This document shows positions 25,301-32,555 of a stretch of 32,555 bases of DNA, one piece after another. The stretch comes from an uncultured Gammaproteobacteria bacterium (GTDB lineage: Bacteria > Patescibacteriota > Microgenomatia > UBA12405): positions 1 to 32,555 of the forward strand of contig CAZSLG010000001.1 in NCBI GenBank assembly GCA_964607745.1, given 5' to 3'. The stretch's first letter is position 1. Every line of letters starts with the position of its first letter. The notes beneath the pieces were generated by a model. It had not been told where the DNA came from. It searched no databases and was given only the letters and a program-made list of their open reading frames with translations. The position numbers and the translations under genes are program-made.

Positions 25301-26885
25301 ATTGAACAGAGTTAGTTCCATAAAAACCGAATCTTACAATAGTACCACCAGAATCGTAAAAGAAACCATAATTCCCCATATTACTAGATTGATCTTTGGC
25401 AACAATGCCAGCGTAAGCAATTTGAGTACCGTTGGAATAAACCCAAGTTGATAAGGTAAAAGATGAAGAAAACTCCCAGGCAGAGTTTTCTGTCACCGAA
25501 GTGTAATCATCAATTCCATCGTAAGTGGTAGAATTTCCAAATTTTCCAGCGGCAGAAGTAGTATTACCATTCCAAGCGCCGTTGCTGGCGTTACCGGAAG
25601 AGTCGCAAGAATCATTAACTCCACCTGTACATGTATTAACAGCTGACTCATCCATCTTCCAATATCCCACTAATCCATCGGAAAAAGATGATAGATTTTT
25701 GATGTTGGATCCTAAACTAGCAGCTGTGCCTTTTACCGATCCAGAGCCTTTTGAAGCAAAGTCAGATTTAATTTGAGCCGCCGAGCGGGCATATTGGTAA
25801 ATTTTAACATCATCAACAAATCCATTAAAACGATAAGCGCTATTATTGGTAATGCCACCTATTCTAAGAGGATTACTTTGTGTGCTATTTCCGGCGGTGC
25901 CAGTCCATGAAGCTTGGGTAACCAGCTGTCCATCTCGATACAATTTTAATCCTGAGGTTTCTACAACAGCAACTAAATGGGTCCAATTATTTGTAGCGGT
26001 GCCAAAAGAGTATCCATAACCACTTGAATATAACTTATTATTTGCATCTACAAAATAATAAAAATAATAACTTCCGCTGGAAGAATCAATATTCCATCCA
26101 TTGCTTGCAGCTGCGGGATATTTACTAACAATTGCCTTCCAGTCTCCTTGATTAATAGTAGTTGACTTGACCCAAGTTTCAATTGTTAAAGGCAAATTTA
26201 CTTGATTAGTTTTATGAGGAATATCGACGTAATCTCCAGCATCAAAATATAGACATTTTCCGGACACGCATTGATCTTCAGATTTCCAAGTAGGGGCCGC
26301 AGTTGATGTTCCAAACACGCCGGTATTAGAATTTTTAGTAGAATCATTTGTGTTCGTCCCATATCCCTCATCAAACTTCCAGTAAGAGATCGGGGCGGCG
26401 CCGTTTTCTTCGGAGGCGGCGGTCGGGCCGGAAGTCGGGGAGAAAGTCGCTTGGGAAAATTGGGCGGAAACTGTGCCATTTTGTACCGATGGATTTCCGT
26501 AATAGTGGTATAAATTTGTGTTTCCGGTATTGATAGTTGGAACTAACACATAATAATCAGTTGAGTTTGTATTGCATGCGCCGCCTTCCGTGTCAATAAA
26601 ATATTGAAGCACACGTCCGTTAATATTTGTGAATCTAGAATCACCGCAGTCGGTCTGCAACTTTCCGGCGGTAATAAGAGTTGCCGTATCAACATCAAAC
26701 TTTACTTTTTTATCACTGTCTGCACTTCCGGTATTGCCGATCGTTAATCCAGTTCGATAAAGCCAGCTATCATTCATCCATGCCGCCTGAACCTTTGACT
26801 GATATTTGGTTACGAGATAAAAAATCGGCAGGGTAATGATCAAAAAAATCACCGAAAAAAGCATTATTTTCCGTTTTAAAACCAT
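22368..26885 (-). CDS. Giant surface protein: N-terminal TM anchor, DUF2341-like domain, then about six LamG / concanavalin-A-like lectin repeats
   Basis: MVLKRKIMLFSVIFLIITLPIFYLV is the TM anchor. WMNDSWLYRTGLTI...DCGDSRFTN.NG..L.Y.ID resembles DUF2341. Each LamG repeat ends [ILV]D[ED][VA][KR][ILV][YF]N.A[LR][ST]..[EQ]I...Y, six times. The track start at 26966 would add 27 aa that include a REP, so I prefer the ATG at 26885. Confidence 0.82.
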   Translation of the reverse strand: MVLKRKIMLFSVIFLIITLPIFYLVTKYQSKVQAAWMNDSWLYRTGLTIGNTGSADSDKKVKFDVDTATLITAGKLQTDCGDSRFTNINGRVLQYFIDTEGGACNTNSTDYYVLVPTINTGNTNLYHYYGNPSVQNGTVSAQFSQATFSPTSGPTAASEENGAAPISYWKFDEGYGTNTNDSTKNSNTGVFGTSTAAPTWKSEDQCVSGKCLYFDAGDYVDIPHKTNQVNLPLTIETWVKSTTINQGDWKAIVSKYPAAASNGWNIDSSSGSYYFYYFVDANNKLYSSGYGYSFGTATNNWTHLVAVVETSGLKLYRDGQLVTQASWTGTAGNSTQSNPLRIGGITNNSAYRFNGFVDDVKIYQYARSAAQIKSDFASKGSGSVKGTAASLGSNIKNLSSFSDGLVGYWKMDESAVNTCTGGVNDSCDSSGNASNGAWNGNTTSAAGKFGNSTTYDGIDDYTSVTENSAWEFSSSFTLSTWVYSNGTQIAYAGIVAKDQSSNMGNYGFFYDSGGTIVRFGFYGTNSVQSEVDTQTAIPTGQWVHIIGVFDDINNTLYIYQNGELKEKDTTITNTPSTNDNSLIFGSRQAGLSSYEFNGKIDEARIYNRALSGKEVRDLYYWAPGPVGSWNFDEKTGASINDISGNGYTGTWNGTGASHWTTGKFGSAGNFNGTDDYISQGTGPTIVNSVSFWTYPTSTTNYFVDLNGSAYISATSGTLSATGFTSPTIYVNGVVSLTLAANQWQYITVTTATNLNASALNFGKISTNYLAGKLDEVKLYNYVRNSKQIVEDMNAGHPVGGSPVGSQLGYWKFDEGADNTCSSGVNDVCNSGNVGSALDGTKTNATWSMNGKFGKAINFDGNGDYVDIPDNNSVDLTNSFTISLWLKPSDLTQTNRYLISKRNDAGTDNSYSIIWEYVDNQVEFYSGSYTGSNPRTGSGITISDTNWHQIIYSYDGTTWAGYLDGINKFSTARTFSLTTSSIDLLIGTFNASGFYFNGLIDEVKIYNSALTSDEIKLDYNHGSAMVLGSVSTDSTGAVADNSSARGYCVPGDTTSCSAPVGEWKFDEKTGTNAYDTSGNGLTGTFTGSPRWRSGKFGSGINFDGGNDWSDLISVPYNSATTFSTNKDITISAWFKSTGSSYTQTIFDSRDGGIDWAGIGLFVAGTGEVSYYIRDNGGHFINSATTSTYIDNNWHNATLVGDRDGNAVLYIDGSINVGTTQSMSTIIDITNAQNDILGNACCSASAWEEFQGTIDHVRIYNYARTPAQIAWDYNRGGPVGHWKMDECQGNTANDSSGNGNSGTITIGATGTNTSAGTCTGSAGEAWKDGVTGKYNSSLEFDGTDDYVSITDNSALNSNSITVAAWIKTSGTNNYSGIIDKFVNTGYQINIDNSSRLRFDIGGSPYQTLTGTTNIETGDWFFVTATYDGTTAKVFVNGKQENSVNYSGGITTSGQSLIIGNDTEAVNRYFNGQIDDVRVFNYALTPLQIKTLYNENSSIRFGPATGSP

Positions 26886-26914
26886 ATTAAAAATATTTAT
26901 TTTTTGATTATCAT

Positions 26915-26938
26915 GGGCGAGTCGCGCCTCGCCCCTAC
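26915..26938 (-). repeat. REP hairpin between RAYT copy 2 and the preferred LamG gene start
   Basis: GGGCGAG-TCGCGC-CTCGCCC-CTAC. Confidence 0.8.
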
Positions 26939-26962
26939 ATTTTATGTATCGATATGTTTTTT

Positions 26963-27493
26963 TCATATTGTATTTTTTGGATTATTTCTATCCCGATCCC
27001 ACATTGTTGGGTTGTTGATAATATATTCACGGATTTTATTTAAATCATTTTCCGTACGAATAATATGTTCGTAATAATTGCGTTGAAATATTTTTTGACC
27101 AGGCGTATTTTGTAATTTATTGATTTGTTTTGTGCATTCCGTTTTGAACATTCCAACGACGAAACCCAACGCGCCTGTAGGGGCGCGGCGTGACGCGCCC
27201 GTAATCATCGGTTGTGCACCCGAAACAATATGTAAAATAAAATGTACGTGATTTGGCATTATTTGAAACGCGTCCAATTCGACCGGATGATGATCGGGTA
27301 ATGATTTCCATATATTTTCAATGATTTTTCCGTATTGATTTAAATTCATTGAAACGGGTCGGTCACGCCCGACCCCTACAACAATATCACCCAATAAACA
27401 TTCCCTGTTTTGGGTACAAATCGTTATAAAATACAATCCCGATTGGGAATAATCATAATTTTTTAATCTGATTGATTGACGGTTTTTATTCAT
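26963..27493 (-). CDS. REP-associated tyrosine transposase (RAYT), copy 2
   Basis: By eye, close to nine-tenths identical to copy 1 at protein level, with the same HUH and Tyr motifs. The ATG at 27493 (MNKNRQSIRL) is preferred over the track's TTG at 27505. Its stop overlaps the track ATG at 26966 in an ATGA arrangement. Confidence 0.88.
   Translation of the reverse strand: MNKNRQSIRLKNYDYSQSGLYFITICTQNRECLLGDIVVGVGRDRPVSMNLNQYGKIIENIWKSLPDHHPVELDAFQIMPNHVHFILHIVSGAQPMITGASRRAPTGALGFVVGMFKTECTKQINKLQNTPGQKIFQRNYYEHIIRTENDLNKIREYIINNPTMWDRDRNNPKNTI
27177..27200 (+). repeat. REP hairpin inside RAYT copy 2
   Basis: GTAG-GGGCGCG-GCGTGA-CGCGCCC. Confidence 0.85.
27356..27379 (-). repeat. REP hairpin inside RAYT copy 2
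   Basis: GGGTCGG-TCACGC-CCGACCC-CTAC. Confidence 0.85.
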
Positions 27494-27494
27494 A

Positions 27495-32555
<5,061 letters not shown>

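Noticed and set aside
26886-26966. A long N-terminal extension of the LamG gene (MKKTYRYIKCRGEARLAHDNQKINIFN).
   Set aside because: The extension is largely a translated REP hairpin and AT-rich spacer, and the TM anchor begins at the internal ATG. It is kept only as an alternative, because its ATGA overlap with RAYT2 is also plausible.

Overview
AT-rich bacterial chromosomal segment. Gene content suggests a reduced-genome, CPR/Patescibacteria-like organism; this is an inference from style and was not searched. That content is sparse housekeeping genes, a type IV pilin, giant LamG and collagen-like surface proteins, PT-rich linkers, and mostly SD-less or near-leaderless starts. Standard genetic code: TGA and TAA both terminate conserved genes. 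Plus-strand block: Cys/PT-rich surface protein, small membrane protein, queA (frame-broken), tgt, an orphan 396-aa protein, three tandem paralogous surface proteins (the middle one has one in-frame TAA), rho behind a long structured leader, a CsoR-family repressor, trxB, glutamate dehydrogenase, and a LysM/M23 peptidase. fmt lies on the minus strand. Minus-strand block at the right end, tightly packed: collagen-like giant protein (runs off the window), Y1/HUH RAYT transposase, 1.5k-aa DUF2341+LamG protein, second RAYT, type IV pilin, and a Wzy_C-type/TPR membrane protein. The main observation is the load of short palindromic repeats. (i) GC-rich REP hairpins have a 5' GTAG head matching the two RAYT genes. 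(ii) A family of about 78-88 bp long-palindrome elements has terminal inverted repeats. (iii) Several smaller hairpin and AT-rich modules occur. Copies of each family lie in intergenic DNA and also in frame, without stops, inside conserved genes (tgt, fmt, queA, trxB, the Wzy_C gene and the RAYT genes themselves). No rRNA, tRNA or CRISPR was recognised.
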